64,000 nt of DNA from a bacterium (GTDB taxonomy: Bacteria > Patescibacteriota > Microgenomatia > UBA1406 > GWC2-37-13), in assembly GCA_037138475.1 (NCBI GenBank), contig JBAXII010000008.1:8-64007 (forward strand). Reading direction: 5' to 3'. The notes beneath the pieces were generated by a model. The model saw only the letters and a program-made list of their open reading frames with translations. It did not search any database and was not told where the DNA came from. Numbering within the stretch: position 1 is the stretch's first letter; the number at the start of each line of letters is the position of its first letter. Below, piece after piece: positions 35,411-43,070 of the stretch. A program made the translations under genes and the position numbers.

Positions 35411-35983
35411 TCAATACCAAAACATCCTCTTGAGTCTGGTGGTGAGTGAAGGGTCATCGGCACGGCGTTGACGGACGATCTTGTCGCCGATTTTGCGCAG
35501 CTGGATGTGCGCCTTCCAGAGGATATAGCTCGCCAGCTCAGCAAGCCAACGAGTTCCTGTCAAGGGACTCGTCTTGAGGTCTTCGATGATCTGCTCGTCA
35601 GTCAGCAAGGGTACTTTTACATCATATACACTTGGGAAAGGAGCTGCCGAAGGCGCTGTCTTGAGTCCTGCAGCCGCAGCGTCTGCGGGGATCTTTGGGT
35701 CGATATTTTTGATCTTTATGCGCTTTTTTTCACCTGATTTTTCGGATTCTTTAGAGTCTTCGGCACTCGCCTCCTCTTCGGGCACATCCTCTACCTCACC
35801 TGCCTGCTCTGGTGCGAGCCTGATGGGTGCCGACTCTTTGCCATGTGACGTGACGCTTAGTGGCTGACTCACCACAGGCGGTACTTGATCATCGGGTGTG
35901 TATTGGAGAGTAGGACTCACTGCAACTTGATCGTCAGCGAGTGTATTCTCAGGAAGGAGGTGATCTATAGGAGTATGGGACAT
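35411..35983 (-). CDS. Hypothetical protein (190 aa): acidic/Pro-rich N-terminal half, conserved-looking C-terminal helix
   Basis: ORF 41 nt downstream of the 487-aa gene on the same strand. C-terminus PLTGTRWLAELASYILWKAHIQLRKIG. Confidence 0.45.
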   Translation of the reverse strand: MSHTPIDHLLPENTLADDQVAVSPTLQYTPDDQVPPVVSQPLSVTSHGKESAPIRLAPEQAGEVEDVPEEEASAEDSKESEKSGEKKRIKIKNIDPKIPADAAAAGLKTAPSAAPFPSVYDVKVPLLTDEQIIEDLKTSPLTGTRWLAELASYILWKAHIQLRKIGDKIVRQRRADDPSLTTRLKRMFWY

Positions 35984-36024
35984 ACAAAAAGTATATCAAT
36001 TCGCATCTCGATAAGAAGGGCATC

Positions 36025-37488
36025 TCAACTTTGGTGACCCTGATGCTCCTTTGCGATAATATTTGCGGTGCAGTGCATGCAGATGTTGCAGGGGCCTACT
36101 GAGGCGGTTCTTTTACACATTACACACTCGTTTCTCTTGTCAAAGCTATAATCCACCGTCACATATTTTCTTAGTTGTGAAACCCAAATAGATGTTTTTT
36201 TGTTGGACTCTGAGCGAACGTTACCAAATGCGGCCCCGGCGAGCAACCCAAATGCACCATATACCGATCCCCCTGCTTGTGAAACTGCATTCTGTAGGTA
36301 TGCTGAGGGACACTGGGTGCTTTCCACAAGCGGTTGACCAAATTGTCCAATTTGGTGAAAATAGGCCAGTGCGCTACGCTGTGCAAGGGTCATCGAGGTG
36401 GATAGATTCGCTGTTTGCCTCTGGATAAATGCCGTTTCTGATTGGTCGTATGCATCTAGAGTGGTGAAGTCGCCACTTCTCATGGTTTTTGCCAGTTGGA
36501 CACCATACCCGAATAACTTGTTTTTGAGCATGTCTGCCTCAGATGTAAATTTGTTGAGGCTGGCCGAGTCAGTAAACTTAAGATCTTTGTATTCATAGAG
36601 CAGTTCTGCGTACCGATTCAAATCATCTACTCTACGCCTGTACAGCTCAGTTTTAAACTGCCGAGAGAGTTCTTGCTCTGCGGGAGAGATTTGAAATAGC
36701 TTTGCCCAATACGTATCGCCCTCTTGTTTTTTTAGATGGAATGGCTTTGTTAGCAGATCCTCTGTAGATAGACTATCGATAGATTGGATATCTGGTCCAA
36801 CTCCTCCCTGAGATTCAAGGATTTTTTTGAGGTACTCCTTGCTTGCATCATTAAATCCATACTTTTCTGCATATGAGATGATTTTTTGGGTAATCTGTCG
36901 ATTGCCACCAGCATCCACATAGCCAGGCTCAAAAAGGAATGCGAGACCGTAGCTCATCTGTTGCTCCCCAAAATTCAACTTTGCCGGTGAAAATACCAGG
37001 TGGGATCCTGTTGGGTCCGAGTGAATTGACTCGATTAGGTTGATAATGCTGTTTAGTTCACCGCGCAGTCTCAAGTCGGTAGGGTTTTGAGCTAGTGACT
37101 TCTCAGCAAGCTCACGAATATCCATGCCACCTATCACAACGCGTCCATCTTTGGTCATGTGCCCTGTGAGCTCAGTGATTCTACTGCGCGCGCCATGCTC
37201 GTCTACTGCGGTAAGCTCTTGGTCTATCGCATACGACCTGATTTGCTCTCTGCTTTGGAGCCGGTGTTGTTGGATTGCTCTAATATCTGCCCACGCAGGA
37301 AATACCTCTGAGGCCTTTTTTCCTGCTCCTTCTACAGATAAATGTTCCTCTCTGTGATGACTTGAATCAAATACAGTACCCCCAATTCCACTGTTTTGCC
37401 TCCCTATCTCATCTGCTATTTCTTTGGAGTCCCAGTTTATGGTGGGCTCGGTTTGAGCAGGTGTGCGAAGGGATTCAGCGACAAACAT
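36025..37488 (-). CDS. Hypothetical protein (487 aa) with a C-terminal CxxC...CxxC zinc-ribbon-like tail
   Basis: Long ORF of normal composition. C-terminus NECVMCKRTASVGPCNICMHC. Preceded by a cobalamin-riboswitch-like leader. Confidence 0.6.
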   Translation of the reverse strand: MFVAESLRTPAQTEPTINWDSKEIADEIGRQNSGIGGTVFDSSHHREEHLSVEGAGKKASEVFPAWADIRAIQQHRLQSREQIRSYAIDQELTAVDEHGARSRITELTGHMTKDGRVVIGGMDIRELAEKSLAQNPTDLRLRGELNSIINLIESIHSDPTGSHLVFSPAKLNFGEQQMSYGLAFLFEPGYVDAGGNRQITQKIISYAEKYGFNDASKEYLKKILESQGGVGPDIQSIDSLSTEDLLTKPFHLKKQEGDTYWAKLFQISPAEQELSRQFKTELYRRRVDDLNRYAELLYEYKDLKFTDSASLNKFTSEADMLKNKLFGYGVQLAKTMRSGDFTTLDAYDQSETAFIQRQTANLSTSMTLAQRSALAYFHQIGQFGQPLVESTQCPSAYLQNAVSQAGGSVYGAFGLLAGAAFGNVRSESNKKTSIWVSQLRKYVTVDYSFDKRNECVMCKRTASVGPCNICMHCTANIIAKEHQGHQS

Positions 37489-37612
37489 ATCTGGGTGCCC
37501 TGCGACGGGGCGGGAGGCTTCACACTGTAGACCCGGCTTATTCCACCCAAACGGCGGACATCACGGTAGCGGCACTGCTGGGGAGTCTCACCCCATTCCT
37601 TCAGTGGAAAGC
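37489..37612 (-). promoter_or_regulatory. Candidate cobalamin (B12) riboswitch: aptamer ~37520-37609, expression platform 37489-37519
   Basis: The minus-strand RNA is UUCCACUGAAGGAAUGGGGUGAGACUCCCCAGCAGUGCCGCUACCGUGAUGUCCGCCGUUUGGGUGGAAUAAGCCGGGUCUACAGUGUGA. It carries the GGUGAGAnUCC hairpin, the GCAGnGCCGCUACnGUGA core, and an AAGCCGG B12-box-like segment. CCACUG/CAGUG can close P1. Confidence 0.55.
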
Positions 37613-37632
37613 AATAAGTAATAACAAATCAA

Positions 37633-37690
37633 CAATCTGCAATCTGCAATCTGCAATCTGCAATCTGCAATCTGCAATCTGCAATCTGCA
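37633..37690. repeat. Perfect heptamer tandem array (CAATCTG)x8 plus CA
   Basis: Read directly from the sequence: 58 nt with no interruption. Confidence 0.95.
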
Positions 37691-37691
37691 A

Positions 37692-37718
37692 ATAATATCA
37701 ATACAAATTTGAATTCAA
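37692..37718 (-). promoter_or_regulatory. Promoter-like TTGAAT-N15-TATTAT on the minus strand, overlapping the palindrome
   Basis: The -10 complement ataata is at 37692-37697 and the -35 complement attcaa at 37713-37718. This would drive the riboswitch leader. The spacer is short at 15 nt. Confidence 0.25.
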
Positions 37719-37730
37719 ATTTGTATTGAT
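37697..37730. repeat. Perfect 34-nt palindrome atcaatacaaatttgaa|ttcaaatttgtattgat
   Basis: The two halves are exact reverse complements, centred on GAATTC at 37711-37716. Confidence 0.95.
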
Positions 37731-37740
37731 TGCACATTGG
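37701..37740 (+). repeat. 40-nt direct repeat, copy 1 (atacaaatttgaattcaaatttgtattgattgcacattgg)
   Basis: 34/40 identical to 37853-37892. Confidence 0.8.
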
Positions 37741-37821
37741 GATTTTCTTACACATGTCAACTTACTAGTCATGCTCGTGAACACGAGCATCCAAAGGCAT
37801 CAGAAAACTACTTGTCCCATT

Positions 37822-37846
37822 GGATCCACGCTTTCGCGCGGATGAC
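37822..37846 (-). repeat. REP-like hairpin element, copy E (ggatccacgctttcgcgcggatgac), imperfect stem
   Basis: Same GTCAT/GGATCC frame, with one stem mismatch. It lies between the two 40-nt direct repeats. Confidence 0.7.
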
Positions 37847-37852
37847 ACATAG

Positions 37853-37892
37853 ACACAAATTTGAATTTAAATTTGCACTATTTGCACATTGG
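37853..37892 (+). repeat. 40-nt direct repeat, copy 2 (acacaaatttgaatttaaatttgcactatttgcacattgg)
   Basis: 34/40 identical to 37701-37740. A further ttgcacat motif occurs at about 37903-37910. Confidence 0.8.
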
Positions 37893-37916
37893 ACACTGCA
37901 AATTGCACATTTCTTC

Positions 37917-38453
37917 TCAGGTTATTTTTTCAATCTGCGCGTACTTACGCGACAAAGTGAAAAAAAGATCTGATAATCGATTTAGGTATTTTATCATGAG
38001 AAGGTCGTTTTGGTTGGTTTTTGATTCTGCATACTTAGTCTTCTCGCGCACGTATCTGACGACGCGCCGCTCTGCAGACCTCACTATCGTGCGTGCGATA
38101 TGCAGACGTGTCGTCGCCTCGCTGCCTTGGGGCAAGATGAAGCGCTTCAGAGGAGGCAAGGCTGCTGTTGTGGTATCAATTTGCTTTTCAAACTGGGTGA
38201 TTTTTGCCTCGTATTTCTTCGTATCAAGGAGGGCTCCTGCCAAGTAGCCCATGATCTCATAAAGATCGTGCTGGATCTGACTGAGCATATCGCGAACTTT
38301 CTCATCCTCTACCTGCTCTCGCGCCCAGCCGACAAATGAAGTTGCCTCATCGAGAGCGCCATTTGCCTCAATAATCAACTCAGACTTTGGGATGCGTTTC
38401 CCTGTCAAGACACCCGTCTCTCCTAAGTCGCCCGTTTTTGTATATATTTTCAT
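37917..38453 (-). CDS. pduO: PduO-type ATP:cob(I)alamin adenosyltransferase
   Basis: MKIYTKTGDLGETGVL..RIPKSELIIEANGALDEA is the family N-terminus. The ORF-track extension (38454-38546) is read-through of a repeat, so the start was trimmed to ATG 38453. Confidence 0.85.
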   Translation of the reverse strand: MKIYTKTGDLGETGVLTGKRIPKSELIIEANGALDEATSFVGWAREQVEDEKVRDMLSQIQHDLYEIMGYLAGALLDTKKYEAKITQFEKQIDTTTAALPPLKRFILPQGSEATTRLHIARTIVRSAERRVVRYVREKTKYAESKTNQNDLLMIKYLNRLSDLFFTLSRKYAQIEKIT

Positions 38454-38495
38454 CTGTGAATATTGTTTAGGTAAACTTTTAGTCTTGCTCTCACT

Positions 38496-38520
38496 GGACC
38501 CTCGCGTTCGCGAGGATGAC
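38496..38520 (-). repeat. REP-like hairpin element, copy F (ggaccctcgcgttcgcgaggatgac)
   Basis: Nearly identical to copy D. Lies between the nrdJ stop and the pduO start. Confidence 0.8.
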
Positions 38521-38601
38521 TCGAAGGTTTTGGAACATTCATGCATTTAATTTGTGTTGTTCTTTGTTATACGCTATAGATTATCAGCTATTCGCTCTCT
38601 T

Positions 38602-41082
38602 TTAACATGCGCTGTATCCACAGGTATAACATTTTTTACATCCTTCCTCATGTACGAGCGCTGCATCTCCACACTTGGGACACAGGTCAAAGGCTGCCTT
38701 CTTTTTTGGGAGGGTGAGGGTGGCTGTTGGCTTGCTAAATGCATTTGCCTCAGCGGCTTGGACAGCGGCGATAGCCGATGCGGCATCCGCTACCACTTTG
38801 GTGTCCGTCGCTGCTTGGTCTGTACCGTTTGCATGACCATTCCCGCTTGATACTTGATCAGACTTGTGCAAACTGTAATGCATTCCCAACACCTTGGCGA
38901 TTGCATCAGGGAGTGATTTGACGGTGTTTTTGCCAAATCCCAGTGTTCTGCTACCCCCAATACCTTCAAGCTCTTCAATGATACGTCTAACTCTATCAGC
39001 TGGAGTAAGTTGTGTATTAAATCTGAGCGACATGCTGATGGTGCGTCCAAGCGCCTCTGCCATCGCATATACATCCGCTCCGGGCTTGCCAACGTTGATA
39101 AAAACCTCAAGCGGCTCTCCGAGTGCATTGGTATTCACCGTGATGTATGCCTTACCGACGGGGGTATCTATGCGGTAAGTTGATCCATTTGCAACCATCG
39201 GTCGGGGGGTACTATGCGGCATTACTGGCGCCACAGGTGTTGCAGGAGTGTTTGCCCCTTCTACTTTTGAGACCGAATTTGCACTGGTGTCACCGCGCTC
39301 GAGCACTGCTTCTCTCGATCCGTCGCGGAACATAGTGATTCCTTTGAGACCCTTTTTATATGACTGCATGTATAGTCGCTTTACATCTTCGACCGTAAAT
39401 GAGTTTGGGGTATTTACTGTCTTTGAAATCGATGCGTCTACGTATTTTTGAATGGTTGCCTGCACATCCACATGCTCTTCAGGAGTGAGATCTGCAGAGG
39501 ATACAAACCAGGCTGGACGCACGGTGACTTCTTCACCCTTTTCATTTTTGATGGTCAGCTCATCCTTGTGCGCGGTGTAGTACTTATCCCAGAGATGGTG
39601 ACGAATGACGTGGGTACCGATGCGGTCACGGCGGGTGAACTCAAATTCAAACACAGGTTCTATGCCTGAGGTGGTGTTTGCAAGGAGGCTGGTAGAGCCT
39701 GTTGGCGCTTGCATCGTCAATATGGAGTTTCTGATGCCTTGTTTCTTGATCTTTGAGAGAATTTTTTCAGGGAGGTATTTTACATATTCTCCTGCGGGAT
39801 ACAGTTTTTTGTCAAACTTGCCAAATGCTCCCTTGGTCTTTGCAATATCTGCTGATGAGTCATATGCACAGTCTCTGATGACCTTCATGATTTTCTCAAT
39901 CACCACGAGTGACTCGGGTGAGCCATAGCGCATGTGCATCTTGATCAGCGCATCTCCCAGACCCATGGTACCTATTCCGATTCGGCGTTCACCCTCGAGC
40001 TGAGTTTTTCGAATACCCTCAAAGATATAGGGATCCATGTCAACTACGTTGTCTTGGAATCGTACTGCAAGTCTGGAGATTTTTTCCAGCTCTTTATAGT
40101 CAAATACACCAGGGCCATGGACTCCATCGCCCTTTACGAGGGCTGAGAGGTTGATAGAGCCGAGGTTACACACTCCCCAGGGTGGAAGACCTTCTTCGCC
40201 GCATGGGTTTACACAGTTGATACGGTTCCAATAGTAGTTGTTGTGCAACTTATTGTATCGCTCCATAAATACGAGGCCAGGCTCAGCTGAGCGCCATGCG
40301 GCCTGACAAATCAAGTCCCACATCTCGCGCGCTTTGACTACTTTTTGCACGACGACCTTTTTTCCTCTCTTTTTCCACACTTCCATGTCTCCATCCCACA
40401 ACAAGTCGTATTCTGGATCTTTGGTGTCGGGGAATACGAGTGCCCAGTCGCCATCGTTTTCGACCGCTTCCATAAATGTGTCTGAGACACATACGGAGAG
40501 ATTTGCGCCAAGGATCTTTGAGAGATCTTGCTTCACGGTGATAAACTCATAGATATCTGGATGCCAGTCCCAGAGCATGAGCATGAGTGCGCCACGGCGC
40601 GTCCCACCCTGTTGGATGATGTCTCTCGTTGCAAGTGAGAAAAGCCCCGCCCAGTTGATGGGACCTGAGGAGGTGCCGTTTACTTTGAGCACTCTGTTGC
40701 CGCGTGGGCGAAGTGTAGAGAGGTTGATGCCTACTCCTCCTCCATGTGCCATGATCTCTACCATATTTTTCAGCGTGTCGATGATGCCGCCGCGTGAATC
40801 TTTTGGTGAGGGTATGACAAAACAGTTGTAGTAGGTCACATCATATCCAGTGCCAGCTCCCGCGAGGATACGTCCGCCCGGCACATATTTGAAATCAGTC
40901 ATGATGTCAAAAAATTCGGCTTGGTACTTTTTTCGGAGCGCGGGAGTCTTCTCTTTTGCAGCAACTGCCTTTGCAATGCGTGCCCATGCCTCAGGCATGG
41001 TCTTTTCAACGAGCTCACCTTGTTTACCTTTCATTGCATATCGATCAAGAAAGACTTTTTCTGAGACGCCGGTGAGTTTCAT
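38602..41082 (-). CDS. nrdJ: Class II (adenosylcobalamin-dependent) ribonucleotide reductase
   Basis: 826 aa. NCFVIPSPKDSRGGI, NPCGEEGLPPWGVCNLGSINL, and a C-terminal zinc ribbon CPKCGDAALVHEEGCKKCYTCG. Confidence 0.9.
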   Translation of the reverse strand: MKLTGVSEKVFLDRYAMKGKQGELVEKTMPEAWARIAKAVAAKEKTPALRKKYQAEFFDIMTDFKYVPGGRILAGAGTGYDVTYYNCFVIPSPKDSRGGIIDTLKNMVEIMAHGGGVGINLSTLRPRGNRVLKVNGTSSGPINWAGLFSLATRDIIQQGGTRRGALMLMLWDWHPDIYEFITVKQDLSKILGANLSVCVSDTFMEAVENDGDWALVFPDTKDPEYDLLWDGDMEVWKKRGKKVVVQKVVKAREMWDLICQAAWRSAEPGLVFMERYNKLHNNYYWNRINCVNPCGEEGLPPWGVCNLGSINLSALVKGDGVHGPGVFDYKELEKISRLAVRFQDNVVDMDPYIFEGIRKTQLEGERRIGIGTMGLGDALIKMHMRYGSPESLVVIEKIMKVIRDCAYDSSADIAKTKGAFGKFDKKLYPAGEYVKYLPEKILSKIKKQGIRNSILTMQAPTGSTSLLANTTSGIEPVFEFEFTRRDRIGTHVIRHHLWDKYYTAHKDELTIKNEKGEEVTVRPAWFVSSADLTPEEHVDVQATIQKYVDASISKTVNTPNSFTVEDVKRLYMQSYKKGLKGITMFRDGSREAVLERGDTSANSVSKVEGANTPATPVAPVMPHSTPRPMVANGSTYRIDTPVGKAYITVNTNALGEPLEVFINVGKPGADVYAMAEALGRTISMSLRFNTQLTPADRVRRIIEELEGIGGSRTLGFGKNTVKSLPDAIAKVLGMHYSLHKSDQVSSGNGHANGTDQAATDTKVVADAASAIAAVQAAEANAFSKPTATLTLPKKKAAFDLCPKCGDAALVHEEGCKKCYTCGYSAC

Positions 41083-41128
41083 AGGTGATATAGGGAAATG
41101 AAGTTATAAATAATGATGGGGAACGAGA

Positions 41129-41572
41129 TTATAATCTTTTAATTTCTTTTTCCAACTGCTCAATGTCTTCGAATCGTTTGAATACGCTTGCAAATCTGAT
41201 ATAGGCAACCTTGTCGATCTCTTTGAGCTGTGCTGCCACGAGCTCTCCTATCTTGAGCGATGACACTTCGTTTGATCCTGTCGAGCCAATTTTAGTGGTG
41301 ACATAGCTCACGATGGTATCAATCTCTTCAAAGGTCACCCGTGTTTTCCCTACTGCTTTTACTATCCCACTTTTGAGTTTCGCTGCATCGTATTGCTCTC
41401 GTCTCCCATCTCTCTTGATCACCAGGATGGGAACCTCTTCAATACGCTCATACGTGGTAAAGCGCTTTTCACACTTCGCACACGAGCGCCTGCGCCTGAC
41501 CGTCGATCCATCCTCGCTGATACGAGTCTCAATGACATCGGTGTCTGGACATTTACAAAAAATACATTTCAT
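41129..41572 (-). CDS. nrdR: Transcriptional repressor NrdR
   Basis: MKCIFCKCPDTDVIETR zinc ribbon plus ATP-cone. Start chosen at the family-typical M-K-C (ATG 41572) rather than ORF-track 41641. Confidence 0.9.
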   Translation of the reverse strand: MKCIFCKCPDTDVIETRISEDGSTVRRRRSCAKCEKRFTTYERIEEVPILVIKRDGRREQYDAAKLKSGIVKAVGKTRVTFEEIDTIVSYVTTKIGSTGSNEVSSLKIGELVAAQLKEIDKVAYIRFASVFKRFEDIEQLEKEIKRL

Positions 41573-41884
41573 TTTGTCTAGTGTATGGATGTCATCGTAG
41601 ACACTAGCGATGGGGTTTGCAACAGTATCTTTATATATCAATATATATCACTCTTCAGTTTTGGTGGGGGCCTGTATGGCTTGTAGCATTTGAAAGGCCG
41701 TGTCTACAGAAGGTATACACATCTGTGGTTTTAGCATGTTGCTGCAGGCAAGAGAACTTGGAAAGAATCTCTGGACTCTGTTTTACTAAAAAAAATATAG
41801 GTTATATGAAAATGCAAAAAGTGATGTTTTGCTTGGTAAAAAGCCTTAAACAAAAAAACGTGGGAGAGAGGTGTCTCAGAGAGA

Positions 41885-42463
41885 TCAAAGAGCATTCAAA
41901 TCCTTGCGGATGGAGGTAAGTTTTTCGAGCGAAGAAAGTACTGATTCCTGCTCACCTTTAGGTAGGGTGGTGAGGAGACTCCTCAACACCTCAGCATGTT
42001 TGATATTGCTTTGTACCAAGTTAAATCGTATATCCTTCATGTCATTTTTTGCTGCCTCTTCATCTTCAGATATGGACTGCGGTTTCATCTCTGCAAGTAT
42101 TTTGGAGGCATCTTGGTCTTGGTCTATCGCATCCTCCACAGCCTGTATGGCTGCGGATGGTTTGTTTTGTGAGGCGAGGGTTTGTGCATACACTATATGA
42201 AGATCTGCCTGGCGTAGCTTGAGTTTGATTTTTTGCACCGGATCACGGGTCAACACATTCTCGATACTATCTCGAATCTGCTTGATGATAAAAAGTGGGT
42301 GGGTGGGGATTACTTGACCTGCTTCGGGGAGTGTATAAATTACTTTTTCATCTTGGACGAGCTCAGCCGCAGTGGTTGAAGTGCTGTTTCCTGCACGAGA
42401 AATGCCTGGCAAAATGAGGAGCGAAAATGCTACGGTCAGAATCCAAACTTTGAGGCTCTGCAT
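41885..42463 (-). CDS. DUF5667-like secreted protein
   Basis: Signal peptide MQSLKVWILTVAFSLLILPGISRA. LPEAGQVIPTHPLFIIKQIRDSIE pattern. Start trimmed to ATG 42463 so that it does not cover the hup terminator. Confidence 0.55.
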   Translation of the reverse strand: MQSLKVWILTVAFSLLILPGISRAGNSTSTTAAELVQDEKVIYTLPEAGQVIPTHPLFIIKQIRDSIENVLTRDPVQKIKLKLRQADLHIVYAQTLASQNKPSAAIQAVEDAIDQDQDASKILAEMKPQSISEDEEAAKNDMKDIRFNLVQSNIKHAEVLRSLLTTLPKGEQESVLSSLEKLTSIRKDLNAL

Positions 42464-42500
42464 ATATGGTGATATTATACCAAATTTGCACCAATATATC

Positions 42501-42530
42501 AAAAAAATCCGTCCCACCGAAGTGAGACGG
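42501..42530 (-). terminator. Rho-independent terminator of hup
   Basis: The minus strand reads ccgtctcac-UUCG-gtgggacgg (9-bp stem, tetraloop) followed by AUUUUUUU. Confidence 0.75.
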
Positions 42531-42550
42531 ATCACAAAACAAAAGGGGAC

Positions 42551-42823
42551 TTACTTTACCATTCTCTTGAGTGATTTACCAGCTGTAAATCCTGGAGTCT
42601 TGGTAGCAGGGATTTTGATCTCTGCTCCTGTTTGAGGGTTGCGTCCTTTACGTGCTGCACGCTTGCGTACTAAGAAAGTACCAAATCCTGTTACGACAAC
42701 TTTTTCGTTGCGCTTCAGTGCTGTTGCGATCGTATCAAATACGATTTGAACTGCTTCTTTGGCTGCCTTAGCAGTAAGTCCTGCTTTTTTTGCGACGTGG
42801 GCTTGCAAATCGTTCTTTACCAT
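42551..42823 (-). CDS. hup: HU-family DNA-binding protein
   Basis: MVKNDLQAHVAKKAGLTAKAAKEAVQIVFDTI...GRNPQTGAEIKIPA. Strong SD AAGGAGGTGA upstream of ATG 42823. Confidence 0.9.
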   Translation of the reverse strand: MVKNDLQAHVAKKAGLTAKAAKEAVQIVFDTIATALKRNEKVVVTGFGTFLVRKRAARKGRNPQTGAEIKIPATKTPGFTAGKSLKRMVK

Positions 42824-43070
42824 GTGATGTTCACCTCCTTTTCCTATATGTTGGAAAGTTCTAATGCCTTCGATACGTGCGCATGATAGTACTCGCACCG
42901 CGTCCTGTCAAGCCTTCTATAAATCGTCTTTATATAACAATCCGTATCAAAAAAAAATATCTGGTGGTTGTTGCAGTAGGATTATCATGTATAAAAAAAT
43001 ATTTCTTATACATTTGTGCAAAAAAAATCCGAGCAATGTGGTGCAACATTGCTCGGAAATAATTACGTTA

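Noticed and set aside
37633-37690. Possibility that the tandem arrays (also 48423-48450 and 45250-45284) are CRISPR arrays
   Set aside because: The units are 7 nt with no spacers, and no cas genes are present. They are simple heptamer tandem repeats.
37362-37712. 116-aa ORF ending in ..SAICNLQSAICNLQSAICNLQ..
   Set aside because: The C-terminal half is simply the (CAATCTG)n array translated, and the N-terminal half is antisense to the 5' end and leader of the 487-aa gene. It is not a gene.
38454-38546. 31-codon N-terminal extension of the PduO ORF (..ESSSRTRGSSE..)
   Set aside because: It translates REP-like copy F. The family-typical MKIYTKTGD start is at 38453.
41578-41607. NrdR box upstream of nrdR (ctagtgt-N16-acactag) and ccctatatcacc upstream of nrdJ (about 41084-41095)
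   Set aside because: The half-sites resemble ACAC/GTGT ends of NrdR boxes, but their order and spacing do not fit the 16-bp palindrome or the usual tandem-box spacing. It may just be a 5'-UTR hairpin and needs a proper PWM scan.
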